DNA of 61,769 nt, the filler included. It is 6 parts of 6 records of this genome, joined end to end, with 100 filler letters (N's around TTAATTAATTAA, not from the genome) between each part and the next. Parts side by side here need not be neighbours in the genome. Positions count along the whole stretch, not along the records: positions 1 to 11,891 come from SRR31156797_15332; 5 more parts are not named here. The stretch is one strand, 5' to 3'. Made by a program: the position numbers and the translations under genes. The notes under the pieces were generated by a model. The model was not told where the DNA came from. It worked only from the letters and a program-made list of their open reading frames with translations, and did no database searches. Shown here one piece after another: positions 1 to 9,800 of the stretch (the first letter of the stretch is position 1; each line of letters begins with the position of its first letter).

Positions 1-73
1 AGGCCCTTCGGCCCTATGAGAATAAATCACGAAGGCTCCCGCGGAGCCTTCGTAGGACACAAGGAGTATAATA

Positions 74-1174
74 ATGACCGATGCAAAAAAGCAGAAACTG
101 CTGGATTTCTCAAAGGCCCTGGTGGACCAGGAGAAAGCGACGATAATAGTTCCCGCCCAGGAAGCCAAGTCGGGATTCTGGTACGGCGGCGGGAATATGG
201 CGGCCGACGGCAAAGGCAGCCTCTATGTAAGCGGCCGCTACAGAAACTTCGGAGACTCCCGAACCGGAACGGGAGCCGGAGTCCGCGGTCTTGAACTGGC
301 AATATTCAAATCAACCGACAGGGGTGAATCCTGGGCAAAGGTCAAATCCTTCAGCAAGAAGGACCTGAATATCGGGGACTGGGAGGTCCTGTCCATCGAG
401 GGGACGGCCCTGAATTTCGTTGATGGGGGGGTGGAACTTTATATCTCCACCGAGAAGCTTCACAGACCCTTTGCGGACGGCATGGAAGACTTCCACAAGC
501 CGGGAACAGGCTCGTGGACCATAGAGCTTATGAAGGCAGACAGTGTGGAGAATCTTTCGACAAGCGACTATACGACCGTTATGGAATCAAGAGATCCCCG
601 ATGGTTCAATGTAAAGGATCCCTTCCTTTACAGGAACGGAGAAGGCGATCTGATCCTCGGCTACTGCACCCACCCCTTCAACTGGTCCAGCTCCAACACG
701 GGATATGCGGTGAGGAAGGCGGGCAGCGACAGCTTCGGAGAGCAGAACAATACCTTCTTCCCCCGGGGCTTCTGTTGGGATGTGGGCATCACCAGGGGTA
801 CGGCCATCCTGAAGGTTCCCCGGATCGGCGCTTTCGACGGGGAGACCGCCAGCCTTCTTTTCTACGACGGGGGAGAGGCCATGCGCTCCTATGAGCAGCA
901 CGCCAATGCGGTCGTCCGCCCCAGAGGCTATTCCTGCGAGGAACTGGGCGGAGTAGCCCTTATCGAGAACGAAAGAATGGAGGATCCCGAAAAGCTCAGC
1001 ACCGAACTTCCCGCCTTCGTCTCCCCCTGGGGCAGCGGCTGCAGCCGTTACGTGGACGTACTGGAAACGGCCGACGGATACTACACGACCTGGCAGCAGT
1101 CGCAGGAAGACTCGTCCCAGCCCCTGGTGATGACCTTCCTGTCTCTCGAAGAAGCGGAGAAGCTGCTCTCCTGA
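74..1174 (+). CDS. Uncharacterised beta-propeller glycoside hydrolase / sialidase-like protein
   Basis: 366 aa ORF with RBS AAGGAG; Asp-box STDRGESW; KDP motif typical of beta-propeller glycosidases; no signal peptide. Confidence 0.6.
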   Translation: MTDAKKQKLLDFSKALVDQEKATIIVPAQEAKSGFWYGGGNMAADGKGSLYVSGRYRNFGDSRTGTGAGVRGLELAIFKSTDRGESWAKVKSFSKKDLNIGDWEVLSIEGTALNFVDGGVELYISTEKLHRPFADGMEDFHKPGTGSWTIELMKADSVENLSTSDYTTVMESRDPRWFNVKDPFLYRNGEGDLILGYCTHPFNWSSSNTGYAVRKAGSDSFGEQNNTFFPRGFCWDVGITRGTAILKVPRIGAFDGETASLLFYDGGEAMRSYEQHANAVVRPRGYSCEELGGVALIENERMEDPEKLSTELPAFVSPWGSGCSRYVDVLETADGYYTTWQQSQEDSSQPLVMTFLSLEEAEKLLS

Positions 1175-1196
1175 TACGAGGCAGATGTAAAAAAAT

Positions 1197-1238
1197 AAAG
1201 CCGCTTCGGTGAGGCGAACCCCAAAGGAGCGGCTTTTC
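1197..1238. terminator. Probable bidirectional intrinsic terminator
   Basis: AAAGCCGCT...AGCGGCTTT inverted repeat flanked by A and T runs between convergent genes. Confidence 0.6.
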
Positions 1239-1268
1239 TAATCAATGCTTAAGAGGATGTCCTCTTTA

Positions 1269-1811
1269 TCAGCCCTTGTCGGCGATCGCCCGGGCGGCGG
1301 CCTCGATGATATCGGCCACCTGGAACTGATCCAGACGGTCGGTGTTGACCACAAGGTCGGCGAAGCCGTATTCGTCGTTGTCGATCTCGTAGAGCTTCTT
1401 GTAACGGGCGTGGTCCCGGGCGTCCCGGCCGACGGTCTCGTCCATCCTCTGCTCCAGGCTTCCCCCCTCGCGCTCCTGGATCCGGGCGGCCCGGGCTTCG
1501 GGGCTGGCGGTTAAAAAGACCTTGAGGTCAGCCTCTTTGAGCATCCAGATGGCCAGGCGGGATCCCAGGACGGAGGAGCCCTCCATGGCCAGCCTGACCT
1601 GGTTCTCGTCCACGAAGTAGTCCCACTGGGGATCGGTCTCGGCCATGCGGCAGAGCTCCTTGAAATCCATGCCCTTGTCTTCGGCTATATTGTGGAAGGT
1701 ATAGTTTACAAGCTTCAGCTCCAGACGCTCGGAAAGGATGGTGCTGACCGACGAGTTTCCGCAGCCGCTGCGTCCGGATATGGCGATTCTGAATGGCTTT
1801 TTATTCAACAT
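1269..1811 (-). CDS. cmk: Cytidylate kinase (short archaeal/spirochaete-type)
   Basis: P-loop ISGRSGCGNSS; SRLAIW, LKVFLTASPEARAARI, RDARDHARYKKLY motifs. Confidence 0.8.
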   Translation of the reverse strand: MLNKKPFRIAISGRSGCGNSSVSTILSERLELKLVNYTFHNIAEDKGMDFKELCRMAETDPQWDYFVDENQVRLAMEGSSVLGSRLAIWMLKEADLKVFLTASPEARAARIQEREGGSLEQRMDETVGRDARDHARYKKLYEIDNDEYGFADLVVNTDRLDQFQVADIIEAAARAIADKG

Positions 1812-2667
1812 TTCTTAACTGCTCCCTGACCTTTTCAAGAGAATCCTTCATTTCTACTACGATCCTGCCGATCTCCACAAGGGTGTTCTTGGAGCCGATG
1901 GTATTGACCTCCCGGTTGATCTCCTGACAGAGGAAATCCAGTTTCTTTCCCACCGGATCGGAGCCCGAGGCGATGGAGCGGAATCCTTCGAAGTGGGTGG
2001 TCAGCCTCTGAAGCTCCTCGTTGATATCGAAGCGGACGATCTGCACGGCTATCTCCGCCAGGATACGGCTCTCGTCGGCCTTGCCCTCCACCACCTCGGC
2101 GAACTTCTCTTTCAGGGTACGGGTGATCTGTTCCTGCATCCGGGGGGCGTGCTCGCGGATACGCTCCACAGAATTCTCCAGGAAGGCGATCTGCTCCATG
2201 ATATCCTTATCCGTCTCGGCCCCCTCTGTCCTGCGGGAATCGGCCAGCTGGGCCAGCACATCCCGGAACAGGGGCTCCAGGAGCTCGTACATCGCGTCCA
2301 GATCCCGGTTCTTGTCGGTCTTGATCACCCCTTCCATGCTGAGGATATGCCCCAGGGAGAGATCGCCTTCCAGGCCGGCGATATCCTTGACCTCCCTCAG
2401 GGAGGCGGCGTAGCTGCGGACGGCCTCCTTGTCTACCACGAGGCTCAGGTCCTCTTCCAGCTCCTTCATCCTGAGATAGACCTCAACCCGGCCGCGCCTG
2501 ATAGAGGCGTTCAGAAGGCTCCGGATCTGTCCCTCCAGGGGAGACAGGGGATTGGGGATGTTCAGGATAAGATCCAGATAGCGATTGTTGTAGCTCTTTA
2601 TCTCCAGAGAGAAGCGTATCTTCTCATTCTGGAATTCCTTATAGCCGTAGCCGGTCATGCTGATCAT
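1801..2667 (-). CDS. yicC: YicC/YloC family endoribonuclease
   Basis: MISMTGYG N-terminus; GKKLDFLCQEINREVNTIGSK; REQLRNVE C-terminus. Confidence 0.93.
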   Translation of the reverse strand: MISMTGYGYKEFQNEKIRFSLEIKSYNNRYLDLILNIPNPLSPLEGQIRSLLNASIRRGRVEVYLRMKELEEDLSLVVDKEAVRSYAASLREVKDIAGLEGDLSLGHILSMEGVIKTDKNRDLDAMYELLEPLFRDVLAQLADSRRTEGAETDKDIMEQIAFLENSVERIREHAPRMQEQITRTLKEKFAEVVEGKADESRILAEIAVQIVRFDINEELQRLTTHFEGFRSIASGSDPVGKKLDFLCQEINREVNTIGSKNTLVEIGRIVVEMKDSLEKVREQLRNVE

Positions 2668-4115
2668 GATGTTTTCTCCTTCAGTTGGCGAAACAGAGCC
2701 CGTCCCAGCTGCCAGTTGTCACCGGCACCCATGGTCACAAAGAGATCTCCTTCTCCCAGAGAGGAATGAAGATAATCCAGTGCGTCGAGGGGTTCTTCGT
2801 AATATTTTACATTATCATGGTTGATACGGGTTTTATCAAACAGGTCCCGCCCTGTGATGCGTCCGTTAAACTCTTCCCGCGCCGAGGCGTAGATCTTATG
2901 AAGGATCACCTCGTCGGCGGCGCCGAAGGCTGCGGCGAAGTCGTCCAGCAGGGCCGAGGTCCGGGAATAGGTATGGGACATAAAATCCACGACGACCCTC
3001 CGTCCCGGGTAGAACTCTCTCAGCCCCTCTATGGTCGTACGCAGGGCCGAGGGATGGTGGGCATAATCGTCCATAATGAGGATTCCCTCCTCCTCGCCTA
3101 TGATCTCCGCCCTCCGGCGGCTCCCGGTAAAGCGATAGATACCCTCCTCGAGACCCTTCAGAAACGCCGGCTCCCCTTCTGCCGCGCCCCCGTCGACACG
3201 GTATTGGTCCAGGACCAGGAGGAGGGCCGCCGCAGCGTCCAGAATCACATGGTCCCCGGGAACGCGGAGACGGAACCGGGCGTCCAGGCCGTCCAGGCTG
3301 AAAGCGTTCACCCCGTCTTCGCCGGAATCATGTTTGGAGACATGTCCTTCCCCCCGGGCATGAAAGCCGTAGGGAATCATCCTCAGGTCGGGCCGGTCGG
3401 CGGCCATCCTGCCGGCGGTGCGGGCGGCTCCGGGATCGTCGGAACAGTAGATCAGAGTCCCCTCCTCGGGCATGCGGGCGATGAACTCGCAGAAGGCGTC
3501 CTCCACATCCCTTTCGTCCCTGAAGTAGTCCAGGTGGTCCGCCTCGACGGAGGTAAGGATCATGCGGTCGGGAGAAAAATAGAGGAAGTGCCTGCGGTAT
3601 TCGCAGGTTTCCGCCAGAAAAAAGTCATTCCCCTGCACCAGGGTGGAGCGGTTCCCGAAGGCGGGCACGGCGCTTCCCACCAGTACGGTTCCCGCCATCC
3701 CCAGAGACTGCACGAGGGTGCCGCAGAGGGCCGTGGTGGTGGTCTTCCCGTGTACCCCCGCCACGGCGGCGGCGCTCTGTCCCTCCGAAAGGAGTCCCAG
3801 GGCCTCGGGATAGAGGAAAAGGGGGACCCCCTGCTCTTCCAGGCGGCGGATCTCTTCGTGATTCGTATCATAGGCGGCGGAGCGCACGGCGAAGTCCACA
3901 TGACCGGGAACGTTGTCCTGGGAAAACCCTCTGAAATAAGGGATCCCCCTCTCCTGAAGAACCCGATCGGTATAGAATTCCTCCTCCACATCCGAGCCGG
4001 AGACATCCAGTCCCCGGGACTGGAAGATCTCGGCCAGGGCGGTCATCCCCGTCCCTTTGATGCCCACCATATACACATGCTGTCCCGCGTGAATCCTGAA
4101 ATCGTTAGCTGCCAT
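2664..4115 (-). CDS. murC: UDP-N-acetylmuramate--L-alanine ligase (start re-set to ATG 4115)
   Basis: GIKGTGM, GVHGKTTT, DHLDYF, DDYAHHP, HTYSRT, GAGD motifs; the extra 59 codons of the ORF-track call look non-coding. Confidence 0.93.
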   Translation of the reverse strand: MAANDFRIHAGQHVYMVGIKGTGMTALAEIFQSRGLDVSGSDVEEEFYTDRVLQERGIPYFRGFSQDNVPGHVDFAVRSAAYDTNHEEIRRLEEQGVPLFLYPEALGLLSEGQSAAAVAGVHGKTTTTALCGTLVQSLGMAGTVLVGSAVPAFGNRSTLVQGNDFFLAETCEYRRHFLYFSPDRMILTSVEADHLDYFRDERDVEDAFCEFIARMPEEGTLIYCSDDPGAARTAGRMAADRPDLRMIPYGFHARGEGHVSKHDSGEDGVNAFSLDGLDARFRLRVPGDHVILDAAAALLLVLDQYRVDGGAAEGEPAFLKGLEEGIYRFTGSRRRAEIIGEEEGILIMDDYAHHPSALRTTIEGLREFYPGRRVVVDFMSHTYSRTSALLDDFAAAFGAADEVILHKIYASAREEFNGRITGRDLFDKTRINHDNVKYYEEPLDALDYLHSSLGEGDLFVTMGAGDNWQLGRALFRQLKEKTS

Positions 4116-4301
4116 GGCCCCATAATAGTACGTCCCACTGCGGAAAGGCAAGATTGCCTTTTTCTCCGTCCGGAACCGGATGACGGCCGTCACGATGCGG
4201 CCCGCCGGGAACTTGCGCCCATCCGCGAACGGGGAGCGCTTCAAAAAGAAAAAAGGGAATAAGTTCTTTTCAGATGAAGAGGAAACTGACATAATTTATC
4301 T

Positions 4302-5093
4302 ATGGAGAACTTCCTTGAGAACCAGATCGAAGAGACGGTACAGAACGTCGTCCTTCGAGAGGATCCCTCCGGCGAGATATGGAGGACGCCCCGGTCCGCC
4401 TGCGCCTCTGTGTCGGAGCGTCCCTTCGCCAAGCTGAAGGCCTGGGTCAGGGAGGACCACCTCATGCCCCGGGATCTTCTGCCGGGGGCCGAATCGGTGA
4501 TCAGTTTCTTTCTCCCCTTCTCCCGGGAAGTAGCCTGTTCCAATGACGAGGGCGTTCCGGCCTCAATCCAATGGGGAGATGCCGATCTGAAGACGAGCGT
4601 CCTTATGGAGAAGATCAGATTCGAAATCACCCTGCTTCTGGAAGCGGGAGGATTCAACTGCGGGGGACTGCCCGTAGACCACGACTACGACAGGGACTCT
4701 CTGACCAGTCGCTGGTCCCACAGGCATGTGGCCTGGCTCTGCGGCCTCGGCACCTTCGGACGAAACAATATGCTCATAACCGAATCGGGAGCCAGCGGAA
4801 GACTGGGCAGCATGATAACCGACGCGCCCCTGATCTCGACGCCCTATCCGGAGGGGGAGTACTGCCTGGACAAACAGGTCGGGAACTGCGGCGTCTGCAT
4901 AAGCCGCTGCCCCCCTTCGGCCTTGAAAAGGAGCGGATACGACAAAAACAGATGTCTGGAACAGTGCCTGGACAACGCCCGCGATCTCGGGGACGACGAA
5001 CTGATGTCGGTATGCGGGAAATGCCTGACCCGCCTGCCCTGCACCTTTCAGGCGCCCGTGGCCGCCAGCGACAGAGAAGCCCTGACAGTATAG
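4302..5093 (+). CDS. Epoxyqueuosine-reductase-like (QueG superfamily) 4Fe-4S protein
   Basis: SHRHVAWLCGLGTFGRNNMLIT; CGVCISRCP and CGKC Cys clusters. Confidence 0.75.
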   Translation: MENFLENQIEETVQNVVLREDPSGEIWRTPRSACASVSERPFAKLKAWVREDHLMPRDLLPGAESVISFFLPFSREVACSNDEGVPASIQWGDADLKTSVLMEKIRFEITLLLEAGGFNCGGLPVDHDYDRDSLTSRWSHRHVAWLCGLGTFGRNNMLITESGASGRLGSMITDAPLISTPYPEGEYCLDKQVGNCGVCISRCPPSALKRSGYDKNRCLEQCLDNARDLGDDELMSVCGKCLTRLPCTFQAPVAASDREALTV

Positions 5094-5112
5094 GAAGAGA
5101 AGGAGAGACACT

Positions 5113-6255
5113 ATGCAGTATAGAGAGTTCGGAAGAACCGGAGAAAGACTCAGCATCCTGGGGTTCGGCGCCATGCGCCTTCCCGTCATAGATGGCGACG
5201 CGGCCCGCATCGATGAAGAGAAGGCCCTGCCCCTGATCCGAAAGGCCATCGACGGGGGCGTGAACTACCTTGACACGGCCTGGCCCTACCACGGAGGGAA
5301 CAGCGAAGCCTTCTGCGGCCGGGTGCTGAAAGACGGCTACCGGGAGAAAGTCAGCATTGCCACCAAACTCCCCAGCTGGGAGATCAAAAGCCATGAACAG
5401 ATGGAAGAGATCCTGGATCAGCAGCTGGAGCGGCTGGGTGTGGACTGCATCGATTTTTACCTTCTCCACACCCTGAACAGCGCCTACTGGGAGAAGATGA
5501 AGAGCCTGGATTACAAGGGCTTTCTGGAGAAGGCCCGCTCCGACGGCAAGATCCGCTACCTGGGCTTCTCCTTTCATGACAGTCTCCCCCTGTTCAAGGA
5601 GATCGTCGACGATTACGACTGGGACTTCTGCCAGATCCAGCTCAACTATCTGGATGAGAACTATCAGGCCGGAGTAGAGGGCATGCGCTACGCCTCGGAC
5701 AGGGGCATGGGCGTGATTATAATGGAACCCCTGCGCGGCGGCATGCTGGCCAAGACGGAGCTTCCCGAAGCGCTCAGGGATATATGGAACAAGGCGGGGG
5801 TAGAACGAAGCCCCGCCTCCTGGGCCCTCCGTTCCCTCTGGAACCGGGCTGAGGTCGGGGTGATCCTGAGCGGCATGACCACCATGGATCAGATGGAGGA
5901 GAACCTGGCCAGCGCATCGGAGTGCGAGGCCGGCGGCCTGAGCGCGGAAGAGCTGAAGATCATAGACGAGGCAAAGGAGTACTTCCACAGCCGCATCAGG
6001 GTGGACTGCACCAACTGCCAGTACTGCCTCCCCTGTCCTCAGGGGGTCTACATTCCCGAAATTTTCTGGGCCTACAACCATGAGGCCCTCTTCGACGACT
6101 TCCAGAAGGCGAAATTCTGGAACACGGGCTACCTAAGGCCGGAACAGAGGGCCTCCAACTGCAACCAGTGCGGCCGCTGCGAAACCCACTGCCCCCAGAA
6201 CCTGCCCATACGCCGGCATCTGAAGGATGTGAAGGCCCGTTACGAGGAGGAGTGA
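5113..6255 (+). CDS. Aldo/keto reductase with C-terminal 4Fe-4S dicluster
   Basis: GFGAMRLP, DTAWPY, IATK, LLH tetrad motifs; CTNCQYCLPCP and CNQCGRCETHCP. Confidence 0.9.
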   Translation: MQYREFGRTGERLSILGFGAMRLPVIDGDAARIDEEKALPLIRKAIDGGVNYLDTAWPYHGGNSEAFCGRVLKDGYREKVSIATKLPSWEIKSHEQMEEILDQQLERLGVDCIDFYLLHTLNSAYWEKMKSLDYKGFLEKARSDGKIRYLGFSFHDSLPLFKEIVDDYDWDFCQIQLNYLDENYQAGVEGMRYASDRGMGVIIMEPLRGGMLAKTELPEALRDIWNKAGVERSPASWALRSLWNRAEVGVILSGMTTMDQMEENLASASECEAGGLSAEELKIIDEAKEYFHSRIRVDCTNCQYCLPCPQGVYIPEIFWAYNHEALFDDFQKAKFWNTGYLRPEQRASNCNQCGRCETHCPQNLPIRRHLKDVKARYEEE

Positions 6256-6708
6256 TCAGTTCTCGGGAATCACCAGCACGGGGCAGTGGCTCTTGTGGAT
6301 CAGCTTCTTGACGAAGTCTCCCAGAAGGCGGTTGATCACATTGGCGCCGCTTCCCCGTCCGATCACGATCAGATCCACATCGTTCTCTTTGGAGTACTCC
6401 AGGATCTCGCTTCCCACATTGCCAATGGTCGTTCCCACGGTACAGCTTAAGCCCTCGGGCAGCTTGTCCAGATAGGTCTCTTTGATGACCTTGTCTATAT
6501 CCTCCCGGGCTTTCTCATCCACATCATCCACCTCGTAGATGTAGGACTTCCAAAACTGGGCTTCCGGTTCGGGGATCACGTGGTAGATGATCAGCTCGCT
6601 CCCCGGATTCCCCTCGGCTACGTTCAGGGCGTAGTAGAAGGCCTTCAGGGCGTCGCTGTTGAAATCGGTACAGAACAGGATCTTTTTAAACAGATTCTTA
6701 TGGGGCAT
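6256..6708 (-). CDS. Universal stress protein
   Basis: ILFCTDF, DLIVIG, CPVLVI; last gene of the TRAP operon. Confidence 0.88.
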   Translation of the reverse strand: MPHKNLFKKILFCTDFNSDALKAFYYALNVAEGNPGSELIIYHVIPEPEAQFWKSYIYEVDDVDEKAREDIDKVIKETYLDKLPEGLSCTVGTTIGNVGSEILEYSKENDVDLIVIGRGSGANVINRLLGDFVKKLIHKSHCPVLVIPEN

Positions 6709-6730
6709 GTTTTACTACTCCTATGTCCTA

Positions 6731-8032
6731 TCAATGGAAAATACGGGGCAGCACCAGACAGAGATCGGGTACGGCGATCAGGATCAGGGCCGCCAGGACC
6801 AGCATCCACAGGAACGGCAGGGCCCCCTTGAATATGACGGGAAGGGGGATGTCCCTCTCTATGCCACTGACCACGTAGACGTTCACCCCTACGGGAGGGG
6901 TGATAACGCCCATCTGGGTGATGACCACCACGATGACCCCGAACCAGATGGGATCGAATCCCAGCTGCTGCACGACGGGGAAAAAGATGGGTATGGTCAG
7001 AAGCATCAGCGCCAGGGCGTCGATAAAGCATCCCGCCACCAGGAAGAAGAGGATGATCAGCATCATGATGATCTCGCCGGGCAGGGGCAGGGAGACGAAT
7101 CCCTGGGCCACGGCGAAGGGGATGCGGGAGATGGCCAGGAAACGGCCGAACACCGTAGCCCCCGCCACGATAAAGAAGATCATGCTGGAGGTCCTGATGG
7201 TCTCCAGAAGGATGCGCTTCAGCTTTGGAAAGCTCAGCTCCCTCTGGACGCCGGCGATCAGAAAGCTGCCCGCCGCGCCGACGGCCGCCGCCTCGATGGG
7301 AGTGAACAGGCCCATGAACATACCGCCCATGACCAGGATAAAGAGCAGCACCGTCTCGATGATGCCGTTCAGAGACAGGAACCTCTTCTTCCAGCCGTGC
7401 TTGGGGCCCGCCGGACCGAGGGTCTTGTCCCGGCTGCAGCGGATGTAAATATTCAGACAGAAAAGGCCGACGATCAGAATTCCCGGTACGATGCCCGCCA
7501 GGAAAAGGCTTCCGATGGACTGTTCGGTCATCAGCGCGTATACGATGAATACGACGCTGGGAGGAATCAGCATCCCTAAAGAGCCTCCCGCGGCGATGGA
7601 GCCGGAGGAGAGGGAGTCGGCGTAGCCGTAGCGTTTCATCTCGGGCAGGGCCACCGAGGCCATGGTGGCGGCGGTGGCGGGACCGGAACCGCAGATGGCT
7701 CCGAAACCGGCGCAGGCGCCTACGGTGGCCATGGCCAGGCCTCCTCTGAGATGCCCCAGCCAGACATAGGTGGTGTGAAAGAGCCTTTTGCTTATGCCCG
7801 CGTGAAAGGCGACCTGCCCCATCATGACGAACAGGGGGATCACCGTCAGGTTATAGGCGCTGAAGGTCTCGTAGAGTTCGGCGATGACCATGCTGAAGGC
7901 GGCCTGGGGATTGACGATGAGCGCAAACCCGAGTACCCCCGAGGCCAGCATGGCAAAGGCCACGGGCATACTTGTGAACAGGAGGGCAAAGAGGATAAGG
8001 GAACCCAGGATTCCCACTTGAAGAGGACTCAT
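6731..8032 (-). CDS. dctM: TRAP transporter large permease
   Basis: Polytopic; AAGGSLGMLIPPS, ITPPVGVNVYV motifs. Confidence 0.93.
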   Translation of the reverse strand: MSPLQVGILGSLILFALLFTSMPVAFAMLASGVLGFALIVNPQAAFSMVIAELYETFSAYNLTVIPLFVMMGQVAFHAGISKRLFHTTYVWLGHLRGGLAMATVGACAGFGAICGSGPATAATMASVALPEMKRYGYADSLSSGSIAAGGSLGMLIPPSVVFIVYALMTEQSIGSLFLAGIVPGILIVGLFCLNIYIRCSRDKTLGPAGPKHGWKKRFLSLNGIIETVLLFILVMGGMFMGLFTPIEAAAVGAAGSFLIAGVQRELSFPKLKRILLETIRTSSMIFFIVAGATVFGRFLAISRIPFAVAQGFVSLPLPGEIIMMLIILFFLVAGCFIDALALMLLTIPIFFPVVQQLGFDPIWFGVIVVVITQMGVITPPVGVNVYVVSGIERDIPLPVIFKGALPFLWMLVLAALILIAVPDLCLVLPRIFH

Positions 8033-8511
8033 GGCTTGATGTACTCCTTACCGGGATGGATAAGATGGTAGACGAACACGACCATCATCAATAGGCAGCT
8101 CAGGCAGATGACGAAGGGTATCCAGAATACGGGAAGACCCAGATTGGGAAAGACCTCTCCGCTTCTGAACAGCGCGGCGCCGTGGACGATAGTCTGCCAG
8201 CTGAGAATTCCGAAGATCACAAGGGACGAGATACGGAAGATCATATCCAGGACCACCCGGCCGAACCGGCCGCACTTATGGTAGAAAAATTCGATGGCGA
8301 TATGCCCCTTGGTCGCCGTGACGTAGGGCAGGGCGAAGGCGACGGAGAGAACCCCGCAGGCCCTTACCAGATCGTAGGCTCCGGTTATGCCGTTGCCGAA
8401 GATCCGGAGGATGACATCCACTACGGTGATTCCCATCATTAGGAGGACCGTCGCCCCGGCCAGATAGGCGAGGGCGACGATGATTTTACTGAAAAAGGAG
8501 AAGATCCTCAC
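8029..8511 (-). CDS. dctQ: TRAP transporter small permease
   Basis: Four TM segments, GHIAIEF motif, between dctP and dctM. Confidence 0.9.
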   Translation of the reverse strand: MRIFSFFSKIIVALAYLAGATVLLMMGITVVDVILRIFGNGITGAYDLVRACGVLSVAFALPYVTATKGHIAIEFFYHKCGRFGRVVLDMIFRISSLVIFGILSWQTIVHGAALFRSGEVFPNLGLPVFWIPFVICLSCLLMMVVFVYHLIHPGKEYIKP

Positions 8512-9521
8512 TTGAGCATCTCTCTGAGGTCGCTCAGGAACTCCTCGCCGGGCAGTCCCTTCTCTTTGGCCGCGGCGATATACTCGGCATATACGGGGGC
8601 CATGGCCTCAACAAGCGCGGCGTTGTCCGCGTCGCTCAGGCTGACGAACTCCTTGCCCAGTTCCCTGACGAAGGCCTCGCCCTGCTCGTCGCTTTCGTCC
8701 CAGGCGGCGCCCTGCTTGTAAACCCACTCCTCGCTGACCTCGGTCATGATCTTCTGCAGATCCTCGGGAAGAGCGTTCCACTTGTCCTTGTTCATGACGA
8801 CGAACATGGAGGTGGTATAGCCGATGGACTTGGTGTCCACCACATAGTCGATCACCTCGCCCTGCTTCCAGCCCTTGAGGGTCTCGATGGGACAGAAGGT
8901 GGCGTCCACGACGCCCTTCTGGAGTGATTCGTAGGTATCTCCCTGGCTCATGGAAACAGGCGTTCCCTCCAGGGCGCTGACGATCTTGGCGGAAAGACCG
9001 GTGGCCCGGACCTTCATGGAGCCGATATCGGATACGGAAGCCACGGGCTTTTTGCTGGCCAGGATTCCGGGTCCGTGGGCATGGAGATAGAGGACATGCA
9101 CCTCCGACAGCTCTTGGGGCTGGTACTTCTTCACAAGATCGTTGGCGGCCCTGGTGGCGGTAACGCCGTCGGGATAGCCCACGGGAAGATCCAGTCCCTC
9201 AAGGAGGGGGAAGCGGCCCCTGGTATAGGCGAACACGCTCATCCCCATATCGGCTATACCGGTGACGACGGCCTCGTAGGTCTGAGCCGCCTTGGAAAGG
9301 GTGCCTCCGGGAAAGATGGTAACCTTTATCCTTCCTTCGGAACGGGTATCCAGTTCCCTGGCCCATGCCTCAGCGGTCTGAGCCTGCAGGTGAGTGGCGG
9401 GAAAGAACACGGCATAGTTGAAGTTATAAACTTTTTTTGCTGATGCGCTTCCCTCATCTTTCTTGGCGCATGCGCTGAACAACAGAACGACCAGAATAAA
9501 CAGGCTAAGAATCTTTTTCAT
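8508..9521 (-). CDS. dctP: TRAP substrate-binding lipoprotein
   Basis: Lipobox FSAC; KVR and YESLQKGVVD motifs. Confidence 0.92.
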   Translation of the reverse strand: MKKILSLFILVVLLFSACAKKDEGSASAKKVYNFNYAVFFPATHLQAQTAEAWARELDTRSEGRIKVTIFPGGTLSKAAQTYEAVVTGIADMGMSVFAYTRGRFPLLEGLDLPVGYPDGVTATRAANDLVKKYQPQELSEVHVLYLHAHGPGILASKKPVASVSDIGSMKVRATGLSAKIVSALEGTPVSMSQGDTYESLQKGVVDATFCPIETLKGWKQGEVIDYVVDTKSIGYTTSMFVVMNKDKWNALPEDLQKIMTEVSEEWVYKQGAAWDESDEQGEAFVRELGKEFVSLSDADNAALVEAMAPVYAEYIAAAKEKGLPGEEFLSDLREMLK

Positions 9522-9638
9522 ATACCTCTCCGTATGATAGCTTTCTCAGAAACAGAAAACAGGTCAAATCCAGGCTCCAAGAATAAAACGGCAACGTTTT
9601 ACTGTGCTAAAGCGACCTAATTCCTATATTGGATTCTG

Positions 9639-9668
9639 ATTATAGCATTAAATACGGATAAGTTTGAA
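9639..9668 (-). promoter_or_regulatory. Putative sigma70 promoter of the TRAP operon
   Basis: Minus strand TTCAAA-N18-TATAAT with extended -10 TGcTATAAT. Confidence 0.45.
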
Positions 9669-9800
9669 TCTCTAAACTGTTTTTTTACATAGAAACACTC
9701 AACAGGCATTTGAAGCCCGGCTGCCCTGGGAGCCGCGCCCCCTCAGAGGGCTCGGCATATTGCGCAAAGCCGCCCCCTGACGAGCCGGCTTTCACCCCTC

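Noticed and set aside
1993-4262. Long antisense ORFs (258 aa and 525 aa; likewise 4774-6081, 6659-7579, 51572-52585)
   Set aside because: Shadow frames opposite well-supported genes in GC-rich DNA, with no recognisable motifs.
9712-9795. GC-rich structured stretch upstream of dctP as a possible riboswitch
   Set aside because: No TPP, cobalamin, SAM, glycine or c-di-GMP consensus visible, and it lies upstream of the predicted promoter. An Rfam scan would settle it.
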